Shown here: positions 49,039 through 62,749 of the stretch, one piece after another
How positions within the stretch are numbered: the first letter of the stretch is position 1
How the letters are laid out: the number at the start of each line of letters is the position of its first letter
DNA from: Tricharina praecox
Taxonomy: Eukaryota
Direction of reading: 5' to 3'
NCBI RefSeq assembly: GCF_024521635.1
Contig: NW_026250422.1
Coordinates: forward strand, 434,001 to 498,000
Length of the DNA: 64,000 bases
The notes under the pieces: model-generated
The model's input: only the letters and a program-made list of their open reading frames with translations
Databases searched by the model: none
What the model was told of the DNA's origin: nothing
Translations under genes and position numbers: made by a program

Positions 49039-52000
49039 ATGTACGGCACAGCGGGCACCACCACCGGTGTCTCCACCCCCCACTCCGCTTCCTCTCTGCG
49101 ACCTCTGGTCCTCACCCACGGCTCCCTCGAACATGCCCTCCTCGTGCCGACGGCCATCCACTACCACGCTTCCGAGCTTCGGCAGCGATTTCAGACCGTT
49201 TTACCCACGGCCACTGAGGAGCTAGCTCTCGACGAGGAGCCGTCATCGGTTCCCGAATTGGTTGCACGATTTCTCGGATACGTCGCAGAGCAGGTAGTAG
49301 AGGGCGAGGACGACGCTTCCGGGACATATGAAGATGTGTTGCGGCTCGTCTTGTCCGAGTTCGAAAGTCGATTCCTGCGCGGCAACGAGGTCCACGCCGT
49401 GGCCGCACAACTGCCCGGCATTCCCTCGAAGCGGCTCGATGTCGTCAAGAACTACTATGCTGCCCGCCAGGCTGCGAACCGGCCACTCAAGGCTCATGAA
49501 TCGGCACTCTTCAGAGCTGCAGCGGACGGCAAGGCCGGTGTGTACGCCGTCTTCGGCGGCCAGGGAAACATTGAGGAGTACTTCGATGAGCTGCGGGAAT
49601 TGTACCATGTGTACGAGGGGCTCGTGGAGGAATTCATCGTGTCCTGTGCCCATGTTTTGTCGGCGCTATCACGGGACCCCAAGGCCGGAAAAGTCTACTC
49701 GAAAGGACTGGACGTTATGCGCTGGTTGCAGGATAAGGAGTCCACACCCGATCTCACATATCTCGTTTCTGCACCCGTTTCCTTCCCGTTGATTGGATTG
49801 GTACAGCTGTCACATTACTATGTCACCTGCAAGATTCTTGGCAAGGAGCCCGGCGAGCTGAGGGAGAGAATTGCGGGTACCACCGGTCACTCGCAAGGTG
49901 TCATCACGGCGGCAACGATCGCTATCGCATCTGATTGGGATTCATACCTGAAGGTCTCGCACGATGCCCTGACCATGCTTTTCTGGATCGGATGTCGATC
50001 TCAGCAAACCTACCCCCGCACATCACTCGCTCCCAGTGTCCTGCAGGACTCGATGAACGAGGGCGAGGGACACCCATCTCCCATGCTTTCGGTACGAGAC
50101 CTTACGCTGGCACAAGTCCAAGGCCACGTCGATGCGACCAACACCCATCTGCCCGAGGACCGTCACATTCACATTTCGCTCATCAACGGTGCGCGGAATA
50201 TGGTTGTCACTGGTCCCCCCCAATCCCTACACGGTCTGAACCTCAGACTGCGGAAATCGAAGGCCCCGACCGGTTTGGACCAGAACCGTGTTCCCTTCAC
50301 CGAGAGGAAGCAGCGGTTCGTGAACAGATTCCTTCCCATCTCAGCACCCTTCCACTCCCCCTACCTGGAGACTGCTGCGCCAATCATCGAGGAGGACCTC
50401 AAGGGCATCACCACCTTCACCAAGGAGAGCTTGGCCATCCCCGTATACGACACACACACCGGTGAAGATCTGCGGGAATCTGCCACAGGTTCATCGATAG
50501 TGCACGATCTCGTTCGCATGATTACGAGTCTTACCGTCGAGTGGGAGAAGGCTACAGTTTTCAAGGGCGCTACCCACGTCCTCGACTTCGGCCCCGGTGG
50601 TGTTTCAGGTGTCGGAGTGCTCACGCACCGCAACAAGGATGGAAAGGGCGTGCGTGTAATCCTTGCTGGAGCCGTCGAAGGTACCAACAGCGAAGTCGGA
50701 TACAAGCCGGAGTTGTTCGACCGTGACGAAGAGCATGCCGTCAAATACGCCGTTAACTGGGTCAAGGAGCACGGACCCAAGCTCGCCAGAACCAAGGAGG
50801 GCAAGACATATGTAGACACCAAGTTTTCGAGATTGTTGGGCCGGGCGCCCGTCATGGTCGCCGGAATGACACCTTGTACTGTTCCGTGGGACTTTGTTGC
50901 CGCTACTATGAACGCTGGCTACCACATCGAGTTGGGCGGTGGTGGATACTACAACGCTAAGGGTTTGACCGAGGCCCTGCGCAAGATCGAGGAGAACACC
51001 ATTCCCGGAGCTGGTATCACGGTCAACCTCATCTATGTCAATCCTAGAGCCATGGCCTGGCAGGTGCCGCTTCTGCAGCAGCTCCGTGCCGCAGGTGTGC
51101 CTATCGAAGGTATGACCATCGGAGCTGGTGTTCCGTCGCTCGAGGTTGCCAATGAGTACATCGAGACTCTCGGATTGAAGCATATTGCGTTCAAGCCTGG
51201 ATCCCTTGATGCCATCCAGTCAGTGATCAACATTGCGAAGGCGAACCCCACTTTCCCCGTCATCCTTCAATGGACCGGAGGAAGAGGTGGTGGTCACCAC
51301 TCGTTTGAGGACTTCCACCAGCCCATTCTTCAGATGTACGGACGCATCCGCCGCCACGAGAACATCATTCTCGTGGCTGGATCCGGATTCGGTGGTGCCG
51401 AGGACACCTACCCCTACCTTACCGGTACCTGGTCCGAGAAGTACCAATACCCTCCCATGCCGTTCGACGGTGTTCTCTTCGGTAGCAGGATGATGGTCGC
51501 CAAGGAGGCGCATACTTCCCTCAATGTGAGTAGTAGCCCCACAATCTTCTGCGATGCAGTAACTAATGATTCTATAGGCCAAGAAAGCTATCTGCGAAGC
51601 GGAGGGTGTGGACGACAAGGACTGGGAGAAGACCTATAAGGGACCTGCCGGTGGCATCATCACTGTCCGCTCCGAGATGGGCGAGCCCATCCACAAGCTG
51701 GCTACCCGTGGTGTCAAGTTTTGGGCTGAGCTCGACCGTACAATCTTCTCACTCGACAAGGCCAAGCGTCTCGTTGAGCTCAAGAAGCAGCGTGAATACA
51801 TCATCAAGCGACTCAATGCTGATTTCCACAAGACTTGGTTCGGACAGAACAGTGCTGGCGAGGCTGTTGACCTTGAGGATATGACTTATGCTGAGGTTGT
51901 TCACCGCATGGTCGAGCTCATGTTTGTCAAGCACGAGAAGCGATGGATCGATGTTTCGCTCAAGCGTCTCACTGGCGACTTTATACGGCGTATCGAGGAG

Positions 52001-55000
52001 CGTTTCACTACCGGCGAAGCCCAGCCCTCCCTCCTCCAGAGCTACACGGAGCTTGACGAGCCCGCCCCCACGGTTGAGCGCATTCTCAACAGCTACCCTG
52101 AAGCCAAGACTCAACTCATCAATGCTCAGGATATGCAGCACTTCCTGCTGTTGTGCCAGAGAATGGGCCAGAAGCCCGTGCCCTTCGTGCCTTCTCTTGA
52201 TGAGAACTTCGAGTTCTGGTTCAAGAAGGACTCGCTCTGGCAGTCTGAGGACTTGGAGGCGGTTGTTGGTCAGGACGTCGGCAGAACCTGTATTCTTCAG
52301 GGACCCATGGCCGTCAAGTACTCCAAGATCGTGGACGAGCCTATCAAGGACATTCTGGATGGCATCCACAACGGCCACATCGAGGGATTGACCAAAGATG
52401 TGTACGGTGGCGACGAGAGCACCATCCCAGTCATCGAGTACTTTGGAGGAAAGGTTCTCACAACCGCTGAGGATGTCGACAAGATCGATGGTTTGACCAT
52501 CGCTGAGGACACCGACAAGATCGTTTACCGCCTGTCGTCGGCTGCTTCTCAGGGTGCCTTGCCAGCTACCGCCACGTGGTTGAAGCTGCTCGCCGGTGAT
52601 TCGTACTGCTGGAGGCATGCTCTGTTCACCACCGATGTCTTTGTTCAAGGGCAGAAGTATCAGGACAACCCCATGAAGCGCATATTCGCTCCAGCCCATG
52701 GCATCCTCGTTGAGATCGCCAACGCCGACGATTCCAGCAAGACGGTCATCACCAAGAAAGATCAGACCCACCCTACCGGTGCTTACACCAAGACATTCGA
52801 GGCGAAGATCGTCGACAATGAGATCCATGTCACCCTGTTTGAGGATCGCTCTGCTACCGGCAAGCCTACCGGAATGCCCTTGACCTTCAAGTACCATCCC
52901 GAGATTGGTTATGCGCCGATTCGCGAGGTGATGGAAGGAAGAAACGACAGGATCAAGGAGTTCTACTACCGCCTGTGGTTCGGCGATGAGCCCATGGACA
53001 TGAACACCTCCGTTACCGACGTGTTTGAGGGCGGCCAGTCTACTGTCACCGCGCAGCAGATCGCTGACTTCGTTCACGCTGTTGGTAACAACGGAGAGGC
53101 TTTCGTGCAACGCCCCGGAAAGACCGTCTACGCGCCCATGGACTTTGCCATCGTCGTCGGCTGGAAGGCCATCATGAAGGCCATCTTCCCCAAGGCTATC
53201 GATGGTGATCTTCTGAGACTCGTTCACTTGAGCAACGGCTTCCGTATGCTTCCCGGTGCTGAGCCCCTGCAGAAGGATGATGTTGTCGACACCAAGGCCC
53301 ACATCAACGCTGTTCTCAACCAGGACTCTGGCAAGATGGTCGAGGTTTGCGGTACGATCACCAGGGATGGTCACCCCATCATGGAGGTTATCTCTCAGTT
53401 CCTTTACCGTGGAGTCTACACGGACTACGAGAACACTTTCCAGAGGAAGGTCGAGACACCCATGAATGTGCACCTGGCCACCACCAAGGACGTTGCTGTT
53501 CTGCGTAGCAAGGAATGGTTCCAGCTCGATGACGATGAAGTCGATCTTCTCGATAAGACTGTGACTTTCCGTCTCTCCAGCTTTGTCCGTTACACGAACC
53601 AGACGGTCTTCAGTTCGGTCCAGACGATGGGTCAGGTCTTGCTCGAGTTGCCCAGCAAGGAGGTCATCCAGGTTGCTACCGTGGACTACAACGCCGGTCA
53701 GTCTCACGGAAACCCCGTCCTCGACTACCTTCAGCGCCATGGAAAGAGTATTGAGCAGCCTGTGCACTTCGAGAACGCCATTCCTCTGCACGGTAAGACC
53801 GAGCTCGTCATCAGGGCTCCTTCCAGCAACGAGGGCTATGCCAGAGTCTCCGGTGATTACAACCCAATCCACGTTTCGAGGACCTTTGCCAGCTATGCCA
53901 ACCTCAAGGGCACCATCACCCACGGTATGTTCTCATCCGCAGCTGTGCGATCCCTTGTGGAGACCTGGGCTGCCGAGAACAACATTGGACGTGTCCGATC
54001 CTTCACTTGCTCCTTCGTCGGAATGGTGCTTCCCAACGACGATGTCAAGACCATGCTGCACCACGTCGGTATGGTGAGCGGACGGAAGATCATCAAAGTT
54101 GAATCTTTCAATGTCGAGACTGAGGAGAAGGTCCTTGTTGGAGAGGCCGAGGTCGAGCAGCCTGTTTCTGCGTACGTCTTCACCGGTCAAGGTTCTCAGG
54201 AGCAGGGTATGGGTATGGACCTTTACGACTCCTCTCCCGTTGCTAGGGAGGTCTGGGACCGTGCCGACAAGCACTTTATGGACAACTACGGTAAGAGAAC
54301 CTGTTACTTACTACCATGTGAAACAACGCTGATTAGGATAACCAGGTTTCGCTATCACCAACATTGTTCGCAATAACCCCAAGGAGCTCACCGTTCACTT
54401 CGGCGGTCCTCGTGGTAAGGCGATCCGCCAGAACTACATGTCGATGACCTTCGAGACTGTGGGCTCGGATGGCTCCACCAAGTCGGAGAAGATCTTCAAG
54501 GAAATCAACGAGAACACCACCTCGTACACCTACCGCTCGCCTACCGGTCTCTTGTCGGCCACTCAGTTCACCCAGCCCGCGCTCACGCTCATGGAGAAGG
54601 CCTCGTTCGAGGACATGCTCTCGCGCGGATTGGTCCAGCGCGACTCCGTCTTCGCCGGTCACTCGCTCGGAGAGTACTCTGCTCTGGCTGCCCTCGCCGA
54701 GGTCATGCCGATAGAGTCTCTTGTCTCGGTCGTCTTCTACCGTGGATTGACGATGCAAGTCGCCGTCGAGCGTGATGCGGAAGGCCGCAGCAATTACTCG
54801 ATGTGCGCCGTCAACCCCAGCCGTGTGTCCAAGACCTTCAACGAGGAGGCCATGCGTTACGTGGTCGATAACATCGCTGAGGAGACTGGTTGGCTGCTCG
54901 AGATTGTCAACCTCAACGTCGCCAACCAGCAATACGTCTGCGCCGGCGACCTCCGCGCGCTCGACTGCCTCACCAACGTCCTCAACTACCTCAAGGTGCA

Positions 55001-55403
55001 AAAGATCGACATCACAGTCCTCATGGCGCAATTGAGCATCGAAAAGGTCAAGGAGAACCTGATCATGATCATCCGACAATGTGCGAAGGAGACGGAGTCC
55101 AAGCCGAGACCCATCGACCTTCAGCGTGGTCTCGCCACCATCCCGCTCCGCGGCATCGACGTCCCTTTCCACTCCACCTTCCTTCGCTCGGGTGTCAAGC
55201 CGTTCCGTTCGTTCCTCCAGAAGAAGATCGTACAGTCCTCGATCGACCCCGCAAAGCTTATTGGAAAATACATCCCCAACGTCACTGCAAAGCCGTTCCA
55301 GCTCACCAAGGAGTACTTTGAGGATGTCTACAATCTTACCAAGTCTCCCAAGATTGGTCAGGTCCTTGCGAACTGGGATAAGTATGAGGATGGGACCGCC
55401 TAG
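49039..55403 (+). CDS. FAS1: Fatty acid synthase subunit beta (AT-ER-DH-MPT), ~2085 aa
   Basis: Exons 49039-51525, 51578-54290 and 54346-55403 total 6258 nt. Motifs [59 protein letters not shown], and [18 protein letters not shown]. Confidence 0.98.
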
Positions 55404-56077
55404 GCTTAGGCTTGGTGCGTGGTGAGGTGCGTGATGAGGTGTGATGGGTTGCAGGTGCGGTTGCTTTTGTTTCATATGGTGTTTTTTCTCTCTTTGTATT
55501 AGAGGGCTCAGTATCGGGTGGGATGGATGGATGGGCTGGGAGGTTCAAAATTTGATGCAATCATATGATGGGGGTGGTGGTGGTTCTGTTTTTCTGCTCG
55601 GCTTTCTTCGTTTTTTCTCGGTTTTAATTTCTATTTTTTTCGCTTTCCGATTTATTTAGTTCTTATATCTGTCTTGCTTTAACGGGGGGGTGAGGAATTG
55701 AGTTCATTTTTTTCTTCTGACAGATACCATGAGCACACAATAGAAGCCTCGTATTCTCCAAAACATTCCAGGATCATCGTTCATCACCCACAGCAGGCAT
55801 ACTGACAGTAAAAAACAAGACAGTAAAACCAAAGCAAAAAAAAACCATACAAGCAAAGTAAGCAGGCAGGGTTCCAAAGAGTAAAAAAATGAACGCAGTC
55901 AGTGGGTAACGATCTAAACCGTTCCCGCCTCAAGCAAAACGACAGAAGGGAAAAAAAAATCATCTACCCCAAGTGATTTCAGCCAGCCAGCCACCCTCCC
56001 ATACCCACACCCAGACCCACACAACACAACACCTAGTGAAGCCCTAAATCCGTGAGTTTCCTGTCAAACAGCGCATC

Positions 56078-57217
56078 CTAAGCACCATTCACATGCTCCG
56101 GTTCGGTTTTCAGCTCGACCAATTTCTCGCCCTTAACGCGTTTCGCGGCAGGACTTGTGGTGGCCTTGGCGGGGGTGGTGGTGGTGTTCGGAGGATTCGT
56201 CGCGATGAACGAGGAGCTGGATCCGCCAGTGCCGGCGGCTTGGGCGATGCTCTGCAGGAAGGCTTGGTCCGTGGCGTCGTCGTGGGCGCGCTTCTGGGCG
56301 CCGGCAGGTTGTGGGAGCTCGGCGGCGGCGGCTAGGACCGATTGGGGGAGCGGGATGACGGTCGACATTGATGGGTGGCCGATGCCCATGTTCGCTGTGG
56401 GCGCGTTGATGGGTGCCTGGTGGAGGGGCTGGATGGGCTGCGGTTGGACGGGGAGTTGTTGTGGTGGTGGCGGTTGCGAGTGCGGCACCGGTTGGGGGGA
56501 TTGGTGCATCATCCCGCCACCCGCGGTTGAGCTTGTGTCGACCAGTACAAGAGGTGGCGAGGGGTGGACGAGAACTGCGGGCGCAGGTGGTACCGCATCC
56601 TCGCCTTGAGACTCGATGAGTCGTGACTGCAACGAGATGATGTAATCACGCAGTTGGTAATTTTCACTCTGGATCTGCTTGTAGCTCTCCTGCATGGTAG
56701 CAAAGTCTCGCACCTGCTCCTCGAGTTTCTTGATGTACCCTTCCTTACGCTGCCTGAAAGCCCGCTATTTCCGTCGATTAGTCATCAGGCCCAAGTAACT
56801 CGGCGGGAATGTCCTACCTGTGCGGCTCGGTTCTGAGCTGCGCGTTTGGACGTGGACAATTCCCGCTTGCCTCCTCCGCGTGGTTTCGGTTGCTCGGACT
56901 CATCCGCTCCCGAGTGCGACTGGTTATTTTGCATATCCATCGGCACTCCCTGGGGCATGGGTGTTCCCATTTGAAGCGTCTGAATACCGCTGGGACTTTG
57001 TGGATGCTGTGGCATCTGTTGCAACGAAATTTGCTGCATCTGCGGAGGCATATGCTGGGGCATTACATGCTGTTGACCTTGTGACAGCTGTGGTTGTTGC
57101 TGCTGGATGGGCTGAGCGTGCATGGGCTGTTGCTGTTGGGCCATTGACTGCGGGTGTGGTTGGGGTGCGGGCGGCTGCTGTTGTATCTGCTGCAGTGACT
57201 GCGACGCCGCATGTTGT

Positions 57218-57255
<38 letters not shown>

Positions 57256-57256
57256 C

Positions 57257-57308
<52 letters not shown>

Positions 57309-57652
57309 GAGCCGCAGAATTGTTCGCGTTACCGCTGATAGCCGGATCAATGTTCTGACTCGCCGGGCTCACGGAGTCCGTGGCAGCACTCGGAGAAGAA
57401 CTGTTCGTAGTAGGGGCAGTTGTCTGAGTCGGGCCGGCGATCTGACCGAGCAAGTGGGCGCGGAGAGCTACAACACAACAGTACGATTAGCACTCGATCA
57501 GATGTGGTAACGGTACCCTCGCGGGAGAGCTGACTCTGTTCGGCTGCGTCCTAAATTTGAGCGGGTCAGCGCATGCTTCCTTTCCTCTCTAGCGCCGAGC
57601 AATATACCTGTTGCGACATGTGGGGCGCCGGAGCAAGTGTAGGCTGTTGCAT
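56078..57652 (-). CDS. kapC: bZIP transcription factor, KapC-like (~471 aa)
   Basis: Exons 57608-57652, 57517-57550, 56818-57467 and 56078-56764 total 1416 nt. N-terminus MQQPTLAPAPH. bZIP region GKRELSTSKRAAQNRAAQRAFRQRKEGYIKKLEEQV...ENYQLRDYIISLQSRLIE. Confidence 0.88.
57214..57309 (-). repeat. CAA/CAG repeat encoding 32 consecutive Gln
   Basis: A 96-nt (ttg/ctg)n tract in the bZIP coding frame. Confidence 0.95.
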
Positions 57653-60600
57653 TGCGCGCGATGTGGTGGGGAGAGCTCAACGAAGACTTGGTGGCAGGTG
57701 GATGGCGCAGGTAAGAGTGGCAATTCAAGGCGCGATGGTGATGATGGATCGGAGTATGCGCCGAAGTGGGTGTGTATTCACGATATCTCGGGGGTGGAAG
57801 CTACTCTGCGCCGGAGACGTGCAAAATAGACCGTTGACTCGGGGTTAGAACCTATCGACGGGGTTCGTGTTCGCCGAGACAGTGGTTACGCCGAGCAATG
57901 CGACCAACTACGGGCTTGCGGACTTTCGCGATGGACGTCCGGTCAAAGCGGTTATGCGGTGGACGAGGCGGCGACGGTAGATATTCGATACCACGAGTTG
58001 GAGCTATCGAGTGACGTGCTTCGCATGTTAGTCAGTTATGGGTTGCATTTCCGTTGCTGCCCGCCAGTAGAGCGACCGCGAGCTGCTCAGCTCTGCGTCT
58101 TTCCTTCTTTCTTTCCTCTATCTTTCTTTCTTTCTCTGGGTGAAGTACGGAGCGAAGACAAGCAACAGCGATTCATGAGGGGGGTTGGTCGTTCGTTCGT
58201 TCTTTCTTTCTTTCTTTTTTTATGTATATTTATTTGCGGGTTTGGGCGGGACGAGCGAGGGGATATAATAAAGACAGTGACGGAGCAGATGGCAATGGGA
58301 GGTATTGGGGATTGGGATTAGGATTTGGTATTGGTTATGGTGATGATGGGGATAGAGTATGCGTTGGGCAAGGAGAGTTTCAGTGAAGTCGTGGGTAGTG
58401 GGTTGTGGATTATGGCATGTAGTGGTGGTAGTGGGTAGTGGTAACGGTAGTGGCAGGCGCTGGCTGGCGGTGGGGGACTTACATACATACAGAACGGAAG
58501 GAATGTCGGATTCTTCGGATGCAACTTCGCTCGCTTTGGTATCGACTGTTTGGAGGGAGGATGGGATGATGTGTAAGAGTTCAGTCAGTCGGCGGTGATG
58601 AATAAGTTAAAAGTTGGAGGGTACGGGTGCCAAGCCGGGGCGCCAAGCGCTGGACGACGAGTCAGTCGATTGGAGGCGAGAACATGCACGGGCAGGGTGA
58701 GCGAGTGTGGGAGCGAGGGAGCGAGGGAGCGAGGGAGAGTGGGAGCGTAAGCACGGGAATAGAGTGCGCGGAGATAGAGTAGAATAGAGTACTCGAGTAG
58801 TTATCGCTGACTGTGATGACAGTCAGGCCGACGGTCAGCCGCAATAGAGCAGAGCAGAGCAGAGCAGACACACGCGCGCGACGATTCCGCATCGTAGGAA
58901 GCATAGACCCGGAGGTTGGAGGTTGGAGACATCTTGTGTATGTGTTCGTGCGCGCGGCTGCCGTCATCCTTCCGTCTCGCCGCTCGTCGATGGCCGAGGT
59001 CGTTGGGCTGGCAGCTCGGCCCTTGGACTCGAAGCGAGAGAAAGAGTGCTGCCGTCATGACCAGCGCCAGTCCCCCATCCCCCCTCCACCACCCCCACAG
59101 CTGCGCCGGCACGGAGACATGCCGCCCTCCGGACCGCCACTCTAGAGTAGGTACCCCGCCCAGCCCCCGGTCGCGGATTATTAAACACGCAGTCTGCATT
59201 ACAAATCAGCTCAGCAGGCGTGCCGACCTCGCCTCGCCTCGTACTTTGACACGTGTTTGGCCGTACAGATCAGCCATCATGTCTCTATCTGGACCTTGGC
59301 GAGTTTCTATTTCAGTATCAGTCTTCAGGATGCATTACCCAGAGTAGAGTAAATGCTTCGACATCAGTTTGATACTCTAACTACAGCTGCTTGCTGATGT
59401 TGCCTTCGGCCACCATTCCTTCCGGCCCAGATTGTTGTGCGACTTGAAGTTGGATGACCGCTTCGTCTCACAGCGCCTGGCCGGATGATGACACGCGCTT
59501 CCCCCACGCTGACTCACGCGCACGAGCTTCATGGACAATCACCCGCTCAATGCTGCGGTTTTGCCAGATATTGACTTGCACCACGTCTCGGCTGGACGCT
59601 CCGCCGTCCGCATGGCGTGTATTGGTATAACTTGTTGCTTGTAGGTTCGGCCTCCTGGATGGGTACATACAGCGAAATTACAAACAGCGAAGCCCACTTA
59701 CTTCGCGGATGCATAAACTTCTAGAATCCTACATAGTAGCGCAAAGTCAGTCGGATTTGAGTTTCTCTAGGGTTTAAAAACGTACGATATAAGGTTCCAT
59801 GATCCTCTTTACCTAGTAGGATCCATCATCCATGATCCCCTTTTCCCCCAGAAGGATCTCGAATGCCGCCGACTTCCCGCAACTTCCAACATCGATCCGC
59901 ATAGAGTACACCAGCAGTGTCCGGCCGGCCGGCCGACCCACTCCGGTCCAGAACACCACCTTTGGTCGGCAGAACCGTCCTGCTCCTCCTCCTCTAGGGG
60001 CTCCGACACCGGAGCAATTCGTCGTCCTCGTGCTCCGGCGGGGAAGAGGCCACCGTCTACCAGAGAACCCACCACCGACTGCGAGCCCGGGACGTGTTGA
60101 CTTCTTCGGGGACTATTGAGAGACCCACGACGGGTACGGGCAACCGATGAACTGATTCAATTGACTAAAAACAGCAAGGAAGAAAAGCAAGCCGATGAAC
60201 TTCTAGAAAATGTCTGTGGTGGTTGATAATGTCTGATGTGTTAAACAAAAAACCGACCGACTACTTACCTAGACGAATATAAAGGCAGCAACAAGAAACA
60301 TTTCAACGTTCAACGTTCAACAACCGCATCGGGTCTGCCCGCCATCACACCTTGGTCCCACCATATCGCCGCTCGCCGCTCACCGCAACACAGAGGTGCC
60401 CCTGCCCCCGAATTCAACACTATACACCTAGAGTAATGACTGCTCGCCGCTCCACCGCTCCACCGCGAGTCTGCGAGTCTGCGAATTTTTGTCCAGCGCT
60501 GGATCGGCTGGTTGGAATTTCGTCTAGGTACATAATACATGTGGGAAGTCGGGTATCTTTTGACCTGGAAGGAAACTGAATCTGAACCTGCAAGCTGCTC

Positions 60601-62749
60601 CACCACGGCCCTGCTACCTACATAAGCCCCAAAGATGATCAACGCGGTTATGTAGGCGTAGGTGACAACTGGTGCTCTACATACACTCCAGACGGCGCAT
60701 CTTATCTAGGCACAGAGATACCTACGACTACGCACAAGACACTACAGATCTATCCTATCTTCGTACCTACATACCGTCTGGTGGGTGGCACATAGCTGAG
60801 GAGACTGATGGGTTCGGAGTTCGGACAGCATGCCCATCTACATACATATGGACCGAGGGAAATAGGGATTCACGGAAGTATGACTCATCTCATTCGAAAA
60901 TCAGATCCACGCTATGTAGCTACATAGGGTACAGGATTACGAAACCAAACACTCCTTCATAACCGTGTAGGCGGACGCTGACTGAAGCGGGCTGACGGCA
61001 GTACTGTAGTCAAGCCTGGCTGCCCGGGTAATCGAGTGACTGTTCGTATGTAACCTCGGGTTCGGGGTCGGCTGTGGGCCTGTGGCGGCCGTCCCGGAGT
61101 ACTCATCGCCCGGAGTACCCATCGCCCCTGGAAGTGCGCAACCAGCACGTTTCGTGTTGCAGCCTGCAGAACTTCAGCCCGGACGGTATCGAGTGACGTA
61201 GTGACGTATTTTACATCAGAAGACGAGTGAGCCGCGATGAGGCATCCGCATCCCGCAACCTACTCATTACATAACCTCGAAAGTATCTGGATCCCGGGCA
61301 CCATACCGGTATAGCAAATTTTGAGAAACTATATGCTGCCGAAGGCTGCGATCTTAGATTTGGAGGTGGAGGTGTTGCGAGGAGTGTTGTACATAGGAAC
61401 CGTGGCTGCCGGTGATGACATTGACTCATTGACGATGAACTTCAATTAGGTACTTGGTAAGGTCACGATATAGGAGGTAAGTACAGCATCCCCCTATTCT
61501 ACGAACAACACTGCCGCTGCCACCGCTGCTGCTGCTGCTTAGAGAACACTGGCATATCCGGTCAACCGTAAAGCCGTCTAGGTAGTAGAGTTCAAGCCTC
61601 AAGCCTCAAGCTTCGATCCCGTTCCCGTTACAGCCTCGAGTGACCACCAGCTCTTATCATTTCTGCCGAACCGGCGCAGGCGTTATATATACGTACTAGT
61701 ATCGTGAATTTACACTCACCACACTCGCCATTGCCGCTGCTGCTGTTGCTACTACTACTGTCAATCTCCGGAACGACAGTCAAGCAGTCAAGACTCCGAG
61801 TGACACGACCATCCGCACGACCATCCGCACGACCATCCGCCGGCTAGATAGTAAGCACGCCGACCGCCGACCGTCACCAACCGTCGCCATTCTTGTATGC
61901 ATAAATCACCGAAGCGGTTCTTCTCACTCGTGACTCGACGAGAATACCTACGGTAGGGAAGATTCTGTTCAGAGTCTGTCCGGCGACTTCTGGAAGCGTA
62001 GCAAGCAAGCACCGGAGGTCCGGAGGAATATCCGCCGGAAAAGTACGGTACCGTAGGTACGACATCTCTGCATACGACTCACGACTCACGAACGTAAAAC
62101 CCAGCAACTAGTAACCGCAAAGGCACGGCGGATACCGGTACAGAGACGCAGCCGGCGTTCGGACCCATCCGCATGAAATGGCCGGGTTCGGACTATACGT
62201 CCCGCATGATCGAATACCTACCGCAAGCAAGCAAAGTACTTATCCACCCACCCTGCCCTATACCCTCGGCCCTAATTACTCTACTACCCTCACACTCACA
62301 GCGCCCACCTCTCACACCCCCGACCCACATCCACAGCACCGCATCCGTAGGTAACATGTACCTCCCCGCATTCGTCCACGTAGTACCTTGTCGCCAAGAA
62401 TACAAACCCACCCATAGGGCTGACACCCTCCCACCCACCCCCCCAAAAAATAAAAAATAAAATTCATAATAATACCTGCGGCCCCCACAGATACGGGTGC
62501 AGGTATTTCAGGTGCGGGTAGACGGGTATGTAGTGAACTCCCGTGGCCACATGGCTTCTACAAGGGGGGAGGGGGGGAGGGGGGGAGGGGGGGAGGGGTG
62601 TAGATATACTAGATAAATGTGCACGCGCACTTGAAATCTACGTATCTAGTAGTGGTGGGAGAACATCCGGGTCCGGGATCCATCCCTGGTAAAAAGTGAA
62701 GGTGAGGAGTGATTGTTCATGATCAGGTATCTCGACATTGATATGTTGC

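Noticed and set aside
40419..55403. FAS pair as the core of a secondary-metabolite cluster with the AATase
   Set aside because: Both subunits look like housekeeping FAS, there is no PKS, NRPS, P450 or transporter nearby, and the AATase is more than 22 kb away.
51749..55475. 724-aa and 380-aa ORFs antisense to FAS1
   Set aside because: Same antisense-shadow effect. The 367-aa ORF opposite PRS1 is explained the same way.
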